Shown here one piece after another: positions 1 through 10,814 of a stretch of 51,341 nucleotides of DNA; within the stretch, counting starts at the first letter, position 1; each line of letters opens with the position of its first letter. The DNA is from Octopus sinensis (Eukaryota). Under the pieces are notes generated by a model. That model was given only the letters and a program-made list of their open reading frames with translations, was not told the DNA's origin and searched no databases. Made by a program: the position numbers and the translations under genes. Where the stretch lies: the NCBI RefSeq assembly GCF_006345805.1, contig NW_021834347.1:1-51341 (forward strand), in the 5' to 3' direction.

Positions 1-3000
1 CTGCTCCATTTTTCATCACATTGGCCTGGTAGTTCCGGGTTAATAGGCTTTGATTTTGAGCATCCAGGATGAAACCTTCGCTCTCTGCTTTTAGCCCTGA
101 GCTCCGTAGCCACTGATGGGTTTGCTTCTGGTCAACATCAGCTTGTTTACTGCGGGCCACATATTTGCCGTGCAGAGGTTTCTCCTCCCACCTCTCAGCC
201 AATTGCTCGTGCGCTTTTTTCGTTGCCATTATTTTTACCTTCTTTGCAACAATAGTTGCCGTACTTCCCTAGGATTGTTCAGTTTGGGTATCCTGCATGA
301 GATCAATAGCAAACGTTTTGCTTTCCTTTATGATAGAATGAAGCTTCTTTCGTCTCTCGTGATTTTCCACGAGCTTTAGCATCCAGTCATTCGTTATTTC
401 GAGATATTTGGCCAGTCCAATTGTGGTTGTTTTGTAAGCTAGTTCAAATTGGATCAGGCCTCGACCTCCTTGGGCTCTGGGAAGGTAAAGGCGATCTACG
501 TCTGCCTTTGGGTGGTGCATCCTATTACAACTCAGCAGCTTGCGTATTTTCCTATCTATATTCTTTACTTCACTCATATTCCAGTTCAACACATTGTAGC
601 TATAAGTAACAACTGGAACTGCTAAGGAATTTATAGCTAACACCTTGTTACGTGCATTTAGTTCAGATTTCAGGACTGCACGAACTCTCCTATAACATTC
701 CTTCCTGATCTTCTCTTTCATGCTTGCATGCTGAATACCAGAGCCTTCATTTATCCCTAAATATTTGTATGTTTGTTCTTGCTCAAGCTCTCTTATGACT
801 GTGTCAACATCTAACACGACTGAATTTGTGGTCTTCACTTTCCCTTTCTGGAAAGTGGCCTTGGCACACTTCTCAAGTCCAAACTCCATCCCGATGTCAT
901 CGCTGAATGCTTTCACAGTGCGCAATAGGTCTTCAAGTCCATTATTGTCTTTACCATAGAGTTTTAAGTCATCCATATAAAATAGATGGCTTATTTTTTT
1001 ATTGGCAATTTTATACCCATACCCTGTTCTGTTTAATTCACTTGTAAGGGGTATTAGGGCTATGCAGAATATTAAAGGTGAAAGTGAGTCACCTTGAAAA
1101 ATTCCACAGTTCATGTTTATATTTTCTGAGGCAAGTATTCCATTAGAGTGGTATAATTGGAGATTCGTATTCCACAACGACATATTGTGCTTCAGGAAGT
1201 TTGAAATCACAGGGGAAATTTTGAAGATGTCCAGCGATCTCAAGATCCATGGATGCTGTATACTGTCGAAGGCCTTTTTATAGTCAATCCATGCGGAGCT
1301 GAGATTTCTACGCTTGTTGTGACAGTTCTCAAGGATCATGCGATTAATTAGCAGTTGATATTTTGCATCCGTAAGAGCCTCGGCGGCACCCTTTTTGTTC
1401 AATGGGGAAAATATCGTTCTTCTCCATGAATGCATATGTTTTCTCCGCCAGGATAGATGTTAGGATTTTATACGTGGTGGATAGACAGGTTATAGGCCGA
1501 TAGTTTTTTGGAAGGTTCGTTTCGTTATTCTTTGGGAGTAGGTAAGTAATACCACTTGCTAACCATTCGGGTGTTTTCTTTGGGTCTCTCATAATTCCAT
1601 TGAGCAGCTGAACTAGCTTACCGTGTGCGCATGGGAGCGATGCGAGCCAGAAATTCGGCACCCTATCTTTACCGGGGGATTTCCAATTATGGGCCTTCGT
1701 GAGTGCCTTTCTTAGGTCTGCTATTGTGATGTCTTCCCATACTTGTTGTAAATTTTGGTAGGATCCTTCTGTTTGTATAATCCAGTCTGCATTTATGTTG
1801 TACGTCTTCTTGTCACTCCAAATCCTTTTCCAAAAGTTTTGAACTTCTTCCATGGGAGGGGGGTCTTTAAAGGTTACTTTCTCCTTCCCTATTTCTCTGT
1901 AGAATTTTTTGGCATTGGATGTGAACAGCTTATTTTGCTTGTAAAACTTGTTTCTCTTCTCAAATCTTCGTATTCTTTGGGCTTTTGCTTGGACTTTTTG
2001 TTTCAGCGTTTCTTTTATTGATATCAGTTCTTCTCTTGGTGAGGATCCAAATTTTCTTTTCATCTTTCTTCCTGTTCTGGATCTTACATCATTTCCACAT
2101 ATTAGTTCATTTAATATTGATATTTCCCCTCTCATAAATTCAATCTCTTTTTCAATTTTACTTCTCCAGGTTTGATTTCTTCCCAGGTTTGGTTTTCTTT
2201 GTTTTTTCGGGGGCATACAGCTGGTTTCAATTGCCCTAGCAGAAGCGTAAATAATTTCATTTAACCCAGTAAAATCAGGTTTTAATTCTTGTATTATTTC
2301 ATTTGTTACATAGTTGCCAATTTGGATTTGTTTTTTATTTTGGTTTGTATTTGAGAGTCTATGAAGTGGTTCTCTATCATTCATACTTGTATGTCTTACA
2401 ACTTCAAGCGTATTCAGGATTTTCTGCCTCATTTCTGCCATAGACTCTCTGTGTTTTTCAGCAAATGCGAGATCTTCAATTACTGTTGTTTTATCATTTT
2501 CCTGGCTATCTTTAACAGGTTCAATAGAATTTCTTGTATCTTCAGGCCTTTGCGTACTTAGGTCAGATGGCAGTCTTTCAATTAAGCCTCGTGGCGGGCT
2601 ATTCTGTTCATCTGATTCTTCATTTCCTTTGTGTCTTATATTTATGTCATTTTCCGTTGCGTGCTTGATCGCGTTTATTTCACTGTCTGTGAGTCTGTTA
2701 TTTCTAAGGATATCCCTCCTCACATTTGCCAATTTGTTCTCGTCCAAATAGGCCCTACTGTCTTGATTCCGTGTTCTCCATATACTGTAAGAGTTTGCGG
2801 CGTGTCTCTCTTGAGATGGCCTACCTAATGCATAGTAATAAGCGTATATTACTTCTTTATACTCTTCTCGGGTCCATTTGTTCCGCTTACATTTTTCTTT
2901 CTGTGGTGGTTGTGGTGGTGAACTTGGAGGACTCGAGTTGGGGGATTTCCCGTTCAAGTGACCATCCATGTCCATATTCGGAGAAGAGTTTGTGCCAGTT

Positions 3001-3222
3001 GATGACTTTTCGATCCCAGGCTGGCTCTTCCCTGGGAGATGCGCTTCCAGATTAACCATAGGACAAGCGATTTGGTATACTGATTTACTTTTCCTTTTAG
3101 TTTCCAAAAACATTTTGGTGCTACGATAATGTTATCATTTTTGAGCTTTGATTGGCTCGTGGGGAGACGGCTATCATTGCCGTTACAATTATAATCGTAC
3201 CATTATAGCAGCCGTAGTCGGC
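1..3222 (-). mobile_element. R4/Dong-type (RLE) non-LTR retrotransposon, 3' part runs off the left edge
   Basis: RT motifs NYRPITCL, EQKGCRRGSYGCK, WIDYKKAFDS, GIFQGDSLSP and YMDDLKLY. N-terminal KWTREEY...KLANVRR block is shared with the 27104-31036 element. QWLRSSGLKAE motif lies near position 100. The 5' end abuts degenerate (TAT/CAT)n. Confidence 0.85.
269..3113 (-). pseudogene. Frameshifted RT ORF of the Dong-like element
   Basis: ORFs 1344..3113 and 269..1435 join by a 1-nt frameshift near 1370 (GCK|xQLLINR). A second disruption occurs near 270. Confidence 0.85.
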
Positions 3223-3400
3223 TTATTATTGTTATTATCATCACCATTATTATCACTATCATCATTATCACCACCATTACCATCATCATTATCATCATCA
3301 CCATCATCATCATCAATGATATTGTTTTATGTGTAGTCACAGCAGTATCTTATTATTGTTATTTTTGTTTTTTATCATTATCACCATCACAGTAGTGTCT
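3223..3400. repeat. Degenerate (TAT/CAT)n simple repeat
   Basis: Direct reading. Confidence 0.85.
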
Positions 3401-3696
3401 GTCTGTCTCGTTGGCTGGCTTGGTGGTTGGCTGGCTGACTGTCTTCAACGCCAGAGTTCTTGCCTGTCAAATAATACTTTCATATTTAGTTAACAATAGA
3501 GTCGAGGTGAGGTTTGTGTTGGTTGAACTCTTTGAGTGTGTGTGTGTGTGTGTGTGTAGATAGATAAATAGATTATCAGCACTATTACTATCATTATTAT
3601 CATCATCACCATCAGTGATATTTTTTTTTTAGGTGGGGTCCTATCGGTCAAAAAAAGTTCAAATGTTTACTACTATTAGCCTTAAGAAAAATTAAG

Positions 3697-4607
3697 GAAG
3701 GGCTGTTCTGTATTGTTTGTGAATAGAGAAGTTGTGTTCCACCAGAGAGAATCTTAGCATCATTATTTTTTTTTCCATGTGCGTTTGTGTTATTGCAATA
3801 AAAAGTGTTTGTATATTTCGTGTAAGGTAATATTGTGGAGGTTGAAGTTGACTTTTCTAGAGTTGTTTGTATGTCCAGTTATAAGAACAGGTGTGTTTTT
3901 GCAATAAAAAGTATATGTTTACATTTATATTTGAATATTCAGGGAGGAAGGAAAGAAAAGTCAGATTTTCATAGAAAGTTTTAGGGTTTTGTAAGTCCAC
4001 AAAAAGAAAAGCGTGATGTTTCTAGAGAGAAGAAAAAAATAAAAGGGTGTTTACAGAGGCAGTTGTGGGTATTAAAGTTTTTAAAGCTGGTCGAATGTAT
4101 GATTGAAAACTGTAGGTATGTAAATTTGTAAATTTCTTAACTTATTTTGAAGGGCTGTTCTGTATTATTTGTGAATAGAGAAGTTGTGTTCGACCAGAGA
4201 GAATCTTAGCATCATTATTTTTTCCATGTGCGTTTGTGTTATTGCAATAAAAAGTGTTTGTATATTTCGTGTAAGGTAATATTGTGGAGGTTGAAGTTGA
4301 CTTTTCTAGAGATGTTTGTATGTCCAGTTAGAAGAACAGGTGTGTTTTTGCAATAAAAGGTATATGTTTACATTTATATTTGAATATTCAGGGAGGAAGC
4401 AAAGAAAAGTCAGATTTTCATAGAAAGTTTTAGGGTTTTGTAAGTCCACAAAAAGAAAAGCGTGATGTTTTTAGAGAGAAGAAAAAAATAAAAGGGTGTT
4501 TACAGAGGCAGTTGTGGGTATTAAAGTTTTTAAAGCTGATCGGATGTATGTTTGAAAGCTGTAGATATGTAAATTTAAATTTGTAAATTTCTTAACTTAT
4601 TTTGAAG
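3697..4607. repeat. Two tandem copies of a ~452-bp unit
   Basis: GAAGGGCTGTTCTGTATT starts at 3697 and 4149, and the copies stay colinear to CTTAACTTATTTTGAAG at about 4607. Confidence 0.9.
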
Positions 4608-4768
4608 AGAATTTTAAATACTCACGAGGTATTGTAGATGTTCCAGTCTTTGAGAGTTATTATTCCCCGTTGCTAAACTGGGTCATATTAGTGTTTCTAT
4701 GGCTTTCGGCTATTGAATTGTCAGAGCAGTGAGGAATACGTCCAGCTGCTGTCAAGGCTGGTGCTCCT

Positions 4769-4771
4769 CTC

Positions 4772-4824
<53 letters not shown>

Positions 4825-4840
4825 GTTATTATTATTATTA

Positions 4841-4889
<49 letters not shown>
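4769..4889. repeat. (TAT)n microsatellite
   Basis: Direct reading; it explains the poly-N/Y/I/L ORFs. Confidence 0.98.
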
Positions 4890-4891
<2 letters not shown>

Positions 4892-4950
4892 GGGTCACTG
4901 CCTGGATTCGAACTTCGAATCTTGGGGATAGTAGCCCGCGCTCTTAACCT
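4890..4950 (-). mobile_element. tRNA-derived SINE head
   Basis: Minus strand GGTTAAGAGCGCGGGCTACTATCCCCAAGATTCGAAGTTCGAATCC has a B-box-like GTTCGAATCC and resembles the head at about 5245-5300 on +. Confidence 0.6.
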
Positions 4951-5242
4951 AAAGGAACATCGCAAAGCTGTGACACGAGGAGATATTGACAAATCGGGTA
5001 TAGCTGATCATGTATAGAAAAATACGGAGACCATCTCCGCTTGTGGGACGAAGTTAACATAATAGGCATAAAACAGCACTGGAAAATACGAAAACTAAAA
5101 GAAACAGCACATATGCTAGGACATAATAACTTCTTATGCAGACTGAGTGCAGATATGACCAGCATATGGGAACCGGTATTAAGGAAGGATAGGAAAATAT
5201 TAGATTTATAAGCCCTAATATTCAGTTCATAATTGTCCACGG

Positions 5243-5460
5243 TCATATGGCGTTGTGGTAAAGGGCGCAGGTTACTAACCCCAAGATTCCGAGCTCGATT
5301 ATAATAATAAAATAACATCAGGAAAATACCTTAGGAATGAGAACTCAGGTTCGAAATTTCCCCAGGACACCTGATGAAGGCTGGAGAATATATCAGCCGA
5401 AACGTTGCGTTAACAATAAACAAGACGAGGTCAAATATCCGTCAAATGTAAATAATATTA
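5243..5460 (+). mobile_element. tRNA-headed SINE-like element carrying a hammerhead motif
   Basis: A-box-like TGGCGTTGTGG, tRNA-like head, short (AAT)n, then the HHR at 5365-5412. Confidence 0.6.
5365..5412 (+). ncRNA. Minimal type I hammerhead ribozyme
   Basis: GGACAC-CTGATGA-A-GGCTG(GAGAATATAT)CAGCC-GAAAC-GTT-GCGTTA: intact core, 5-bp stem II, palindromic ACGT stem III, stem I with one mismatch. Confidence 0.7.
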
Positions 5461-5689
5461 AAATTCCTTTCCATCTATAGCACTTTTAATTGCCAGTGCA
5501 TTGCGTGAATTTAGATCATAGTGGATTTTAATGAATGGCGTTTGTGTTTTTATGACGGAATCGTTATTTAATGATGAATTGATTTCTTTCTATTAAAATT
5601 ACGTTGTCTTTAATACAGTGTTATAGCAGAAACGGTTGAATCTAATGCATAGATATATAAAAGCATACATCAACACGCGTATCACATCT

Positions 5690-6655
5690 TCCCTAACCGA
5701 CCCCTCCCCTCCTTCAAACGCGCCCACAACCTACGTGACCTCTTGGTCCACAGCTTCTTCCCTAACGCAGCCTCCCAACCCGGCTCATTCCCCAGCTCCC
5801 GCCAACGCTGCCATACTTGCCCTCACTTCTCCAACACCACCCTCCTCACAGGCACCCATCACCGACCCTATCATATCGCCGACTCCTTCACCTGCACTTC
5901 TAGCAATGTCATCTACTGCATCTCCTGCTCTTTCTGTCCTTCTCTATATATCGGTCAAACAAGACGCCACTTGGCTGACCGGTTCGCGGAACACCTCCGA
6001 GAAATCTTACTCGGAAATGACACCGCGGTCTCGTGCCATTTCCGTTCTACCGGTCATTCTTTGCAACACCTCTTTGTGTTCGGATTGTCCTTGCACAGGG
6101 GCCATCCGGACTCCCGTCTTCGACTTGAACAGCAATTAATCTTCTCTCTTTGCTCATTGCGCTTCATGGACTCAACTCTCCTCCCCTCTTCATCTAACCC
6201 TCCTCCCCTCTCCTCTCTTCCTCTCACTCTTACTTCTTCGCAACCACCTCTTCTTTCTTGCTCTAACACCTACTTCTCTTCACTTCCACCTCCCTCTCAC
6301 TTCATCGCACCCCTCCCTCGTAACCCCACCCCTACACAATCCAACTTCATCTTCCCTATACAACCCATCCCACTACCACTCCATCCTTTTCACCTCACTA
6401 CCACATACCCCACCCCTATCCCCACACTCAGTCTAACCCACACCCCACTCTTGTCCCCCTCTGTCCGGAATTCGCCATGATAGATTGCTTGCCACCAAAC
6501 ATTCTTTATTTTCTCTCCCTGTTTATTTCTGTGTTCCTTTCTGCCGAAGAGCGTAGGCTCGAAACGTTTAAGATATTCTCACTTCCCGAGCGTTAAACTA
6601 ATACATCTGTTTGTTTTTTACACAACTGTCTTCGTCTTGTTTTTTTTTGTAAATT
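5690..6655 (+). mobile_element. Penelope-like element 3' fragment (GIY-YIG endonuclease plus tail)
   Basis: KRAHNLRDLLVHS, RCHTCPH, NVIYCISCSFCPSLYIGQT..LADRFAEH..EQQLIF. Pyrimidine-rich spacer, then a tail with an HHR-like motif. Confidence 0.85.
6536..6572 (+). ncRNA. Degenerate minimal hammerhead in PLE tail
   Basis: CCTTT-CTGCCGA-A-GAGC(GTAG)GCTC-GAAAC-GTT-TAAG; core deviates from CTGANGA. Confidence 0.45.
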
Positions 6656-6667
6656 TTCACTATATAT

Positions 6668-6700
<33 letters not shown>

Positions 6701-6708
6701 TATATATA

Positions 6709-7560
6709 CTAGCATTAAAGATCCGTCGCTGCCGGGTCATAGTGCTAGTGCATGTATATATGTGTATATATATGTGTACATATTACATGTACATCTATAT
6801 ATATACATCTACACATAAAATGCAAAATACAAAGTTATATCTTGATATCGCTAGTGATAACAATACTCAAAATATATAACAGACTGGAATTGTTAGCTCT
6901 TCTTTCTTCTCTACATTGTATACTTTATAGACAATTGTCTTTTCTTTCATTTAATGTTTTTATTATCCATCAGGACTATTCCATTTCAGCACGCTAATTA
7001 TATTTTTAACTTATTCCCATTCAAGTTCAAATCATTAATGCAATTTTATACCAATTACTATTTTTACTTTTGTATGTTACGATTATATTATACTTTAGTT
7101 TGATTTTAATTATTAATTACTACGTATAATTCAATTGTTATTATTATTTTTATTGTTAAAGTGAAAGCATCTGACATAAAATAGAGAAATATTTTTGTTT
7201 CACTTTTAACTCGTAATACTGAAATAGTGGAGAAGATATGATATTGCTATGGGCTCGCTCTAGGCAAGAGTTGAACGTTTTGTTTGGACCCATGAAACTA
7301 CATGGACAGTAAGTAAGGCATGTGTAAAATTTGAATGAAATTGGTTATGTAGTTCTCAAGTTTTAGGGAATCGTAGTAGAGAAGATATGATATTGCTGTG
7401 GGCTCGCCCTAGGAAAAAAGTTAGATGACACTCCCCGGGCCCTAAGTAAGGCATGTGTAAAATTTGAATGAAATTGCTCGTGTAGTTCTTAAGTTTTAGG
7501 GAAACACACAGACAGACACACAGACAGACACACATTCTCAGTTTTATATATATATAAAGA
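6709..7560 (-). mobile_element. Non-autonomous Helitron
   Basis: On minus, starts TC-TTTATATATATAAAACTG at 7560 and ends with a GC hairpin (CCGGCAGCGACGG) then CTAG|T at 6709. TA-rich flanks and an internal ~115-bp duplication. Confidence 0.6.
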
Positions 7561-7874
7561 TATATATATATATATATATATATCAGTAACAATAAAGGGT
7601 GAAATTAATTAATTTGGAATAATTATCAATTACACCAAGTAGATTTCGGCATGTAAAAGCCTCATTCGAGGAAAATTTAAGTAATACTAAGCAATTAAGG
7701 GTTTAGCAACGAATTGCCTCACCAACACACCGAATTTAGAAATAGCAGTCAAAGAGATATAGCTATTCCTTCTACTAAAAGGGAGATCTCAGTAAAAACA
7801 CAGTACTTGAAAGGCAAACACAGACAGGTAAGAAAGAATGAAATGACGGCAATCTATCATACAATTTTAAGTTA

Positions 7875-7966
7875 CCTACGGACGTACGTTTCGAAATCAA
7901 GTTTTAGGAAAGCATTAGAATTAGAAAATTCTACCTTACCCAAACTTCTTTTCTCATCGGCGTAGG
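7875..7966 (-). ncRNA. Type I hammerhead (core CCGATGA variant)
   Basis: CCTACG-CCGATGA-GAAAAGAAGTTT...AAACTTGATTTC-GAAAC-GTAC-GTC-CGTAGG; perfect 6-bp stem I. Confidence 0.75.
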
Positions 7967-8320
7967 ATACTACAATTATGAATAATTGTATATTAAATTT
8001 TGAGATACTAGAAGGCATTATCTCAACTCAGTGTCAGAGCGAGCCAAAGCATGACCAGTACCACGAAATTCAAAGTGTGAATGAAAGTTTGTGTCACCAG
8101 TCCCCCTCCACCCGCGTGTAGCCAAGACAAGATGCTGTGGTCATTTACTGGGATAAAATATGGTTATCAGTAACAATAAAGGGTGAAATTAATTAATTTG
8201 GAATAATTATCAATTACACTTCGTGGTACTGGTCATGCTTTGGCTCGCTCTGACACTGAGTTGAGATAATGCCTTCTAGTATCTCAAAATTTAATATACA
8301 ATTATTCATAATTGTAGTAT

Positions 8321-8412
8321 CCTACGCCAATGAGTAAAGAAGTTTGGGTAAGGTAGAATTTTCTAATTCTTATGCTTTCCTAAAACTTGATTTCGAAACG
8401 TACGTCCGTAGG
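8321..8412 (+). ncRNA. Type I hammerhead, core mutated (CCAATGA)
   Basis: Inverted copy of 7875-7966 with a change at the conserved core G; predicted inactive. Confidence 0.6.
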
Positions 8413-8600
8413 TAACTTAAAATTGTATGATAGATTGCCGTCATTTCATTCTTTCTTACCTGTCTGTGCTTGCCTTTCAAGTGCTGTGTTTTTACTGAGA
8501 TCTCCCTTTTAGTAGAAGGAATAGCTATATCTCTTTGACTGCTATTTCTAAATTCGGTGTGTTGGTGAGGCAATTCGTTGCTAAACCCTTAATTGCTTAG

Positions 8601-8652
<52 letters not shown>

Positions 8653-8662
8653 GTACATATAT

Positions 8663-8830
8663 ATATACACACATTCGCCATGACTGATCGCTAGCCAATA
8701 AATCTTTATGATTTTATTTTCTCTCTCTGCTTATTTCTGTGTTCCTTTCTGTTGTGCAGCGTAGGCTGGAAACGTAAAAGACTTTCTCACCTCCCGAGTG
8801 CATATCTTTTGCTTAAAAACACATTTGCTT
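8663..8830 (+). mobile_element. PLE tail fragment (same family as 6470-6655) with HHR-like motif at 8744-8780
   Basis: TTCGCCATGA...TTATTTCTGTGTTCCTTTCTG shared with 6473-6545. CCTTT-CTGTTGTG-CAGC(GTAG)GCTG-GAAAC-GTA-AAAG. Confidence 0.65.
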
Positions 8831-9084
8831 TCGGATAGCATCCAGGTAAAACTCCCTACATGACATCGTGCTGAGAGTTTTCTACGGACGCTACCCTGCT
8901 GCGAATGAGCACTTTTATACATAACACATAAAATATGTACGTGCGAACTATAATATTTAGATTATTAGAGTTGCATTTAATTCGCAATTTTATACACACA
9001 TATACACATAAATACAAAAGCAAGTCAAAAATTGCGACCACACTGCCTTCTACGCTCGTGTGCTAAAAGGGAAAACACGTGTTG

Positions 9085-9960
9085 TTACATATCCGAGCTT
9101 TGACCTGGTTCGCTCAAGTTTTCTTTTTTGTGTTACAGAGTAAACACGGCCGCTCCATTGGCAGTGTGTGTCAAGGAAGACCAGAGATCAGTGATCCGAT
9201 TTCTCTGGTTTCAAAGTGTGCCCGGAGCTGTAATTTATCGCTGGTGCTCTGTACGATACGGGAATGGCGTTCTACCATATAGAAGTGTGTATGAGTGGAT
9301 CGAGAAGTTTGAATATACCATAGAAGCACGAAGTTGGAGCAGGGTGTTGATCAACCTCCAGGACGGATGTGAGGATTCAAGAAACTCAAGTTTGGTTCTG
9401 ATGAACCGACGCGTGACCGACAATCAGGTGGTATGTTCTCTGCAAATTAGACGTGGTTCTGCATACGAAATAATCCACCACTATCTTTCCTTCTGTAAAG
9501 TTTGTGCAAGATGGATGCATAGGTGCAATCGTATGGAGATCTGCCAACGCTTATTCAACCGCTATAACGACGAAGACGAAGCTTTTATGAAGAGAATAAT
9601 CACAAGAAATGAAACCTCGGTCTGTCACTTTAAACCAGTATCCAGGAGGCATAATATGGAGCGAAAATGAAATTTAGGATTCAACCTTCTGCAAAATAAC
9701 AGATGCTGACCGGTTCTTGGGACGCAAGAATACTTGTATTGGGACATTACTTGGAAAAGAAAGATGTACAGTCACCTGTGTAGGCGACAGAGAAATGCTA
9801 CCCAGTAATGTGAGACCGAAACCATCTATTTGCAACAAATACCGAGGTCTATGAACACCGTCGAATCCATTGAAACATTGGGCTTCGAGTTACTGCAACA
9901 CACTGCATACAGTCCAGATCACGCCCCTTCCAACATTAATTCTTTGGACCACTCAAACAT
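9085..9960 (+). mobile_element. Decayed mariner transposase relic
   Basis: EDQRSVIRFLW, YRSVYEWIEKF, KVCARWM, RIITRNET (degenerate TGDET), HTAYSPDHAPS (degenerate YSPDLAP). Frameshifts present and no TIRs recognised. Confidence 0.85.
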
Positions 9961-10113
9961 ACTTTATGTGGTCGTCGAGTTGCTATGGAGGAAGAAGTAC
10001 CCTCTTTTACGCACACACGCATGCGCACGTTCACAGGCACATATATGTATATATATGAATGGACGTATGCATACATATACATGTATGTACACACACACAC
10101 GCACATATACATA

Positions 10114-10363
10114 TATATTAGAAGAAATAAAGTACTCAGACATATGGATGGTTTTATATTTACAGATTTTTATTAATGTCACATGATTTTATATATCATA
10201 TATAGCGCTTGAATCCACTGTACTGGATTGTTCAGATTCTGAAGAATCCAGTAGAATGGATGCAAGCGCTAATATATGATTTATAAAAACATGTGACATA
10301 TTAATAAAAATCTGTAAATATAAAACCATCCAGATTTCTGAGTATTTTATTTCTTCTAATATA
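10114..10363. repeat. Fold-back palindrome, ~120-bp arms, 1-nt loop at 10237
   Basis: TATATTAGAAGAAATAA...TTCAGA-T-TCTGAA...TTATTTCTTCTAATATA; arms match with scattered mismatches. Confidence 0.9.
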
Positions 10364-10814
10364 CAATACCTGTACATCACCACCAAACCTTCAAACATAC
10401 ATATATATATATATATATATAAATTAGATAAAAACACCCTTTATCAATTCAAAATGAAAAATTAAATTACACCTTCGAGGAAATTACATATAATAGAAAT
10501 ATTAAATATTAGATAAAAAATAAAATAATATACCGATGATTAAGTAATGTGCAAAATAATAAATTAAACGTACATATTTGGTAGAATAACATGTTTTTCA
10601 TGGCTATATTTAAGAAATGATTATAGTAAGAATATTAGTAGTAGTAGTAGTAGTAAAACCCTTCAATATAAATATAGCCACCCATCAGGTTAAAACAACT
10701 ACAATAATAAAATAATTAATTAATAAATATACGTAAATAATCTTTGAAAATCAATGTATTATTTAACACACAAACACATGTATAAACTTAAACTTAGATA
10801 AACTTAGATATGTT

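Larger units (their letters stand above)
7581..8605. mobile_element. Retrozyme-like HHR element, locus A (~584-bp monomer plus 54 bp, then a 385-bp inverted copy)
   Basis: TATCAGTAAC repeats at 7581 and 8165. 8220-8605 is the reverse complement of about 7683-8067. (TA)n on both flanks. Confidence 0.75.

Noticed and set aside
4660-5017. ORFs with poly-N/Y/I/L tracts
   Set aside because: Translations of the (TAT)n microsatellite
7714-7965. 83-aa ORF repeated at 8370-8573
   Set aside because: Lies antisense to the HHR strand of the repeat monomer, has no protein motif, and is not kept open in locus B
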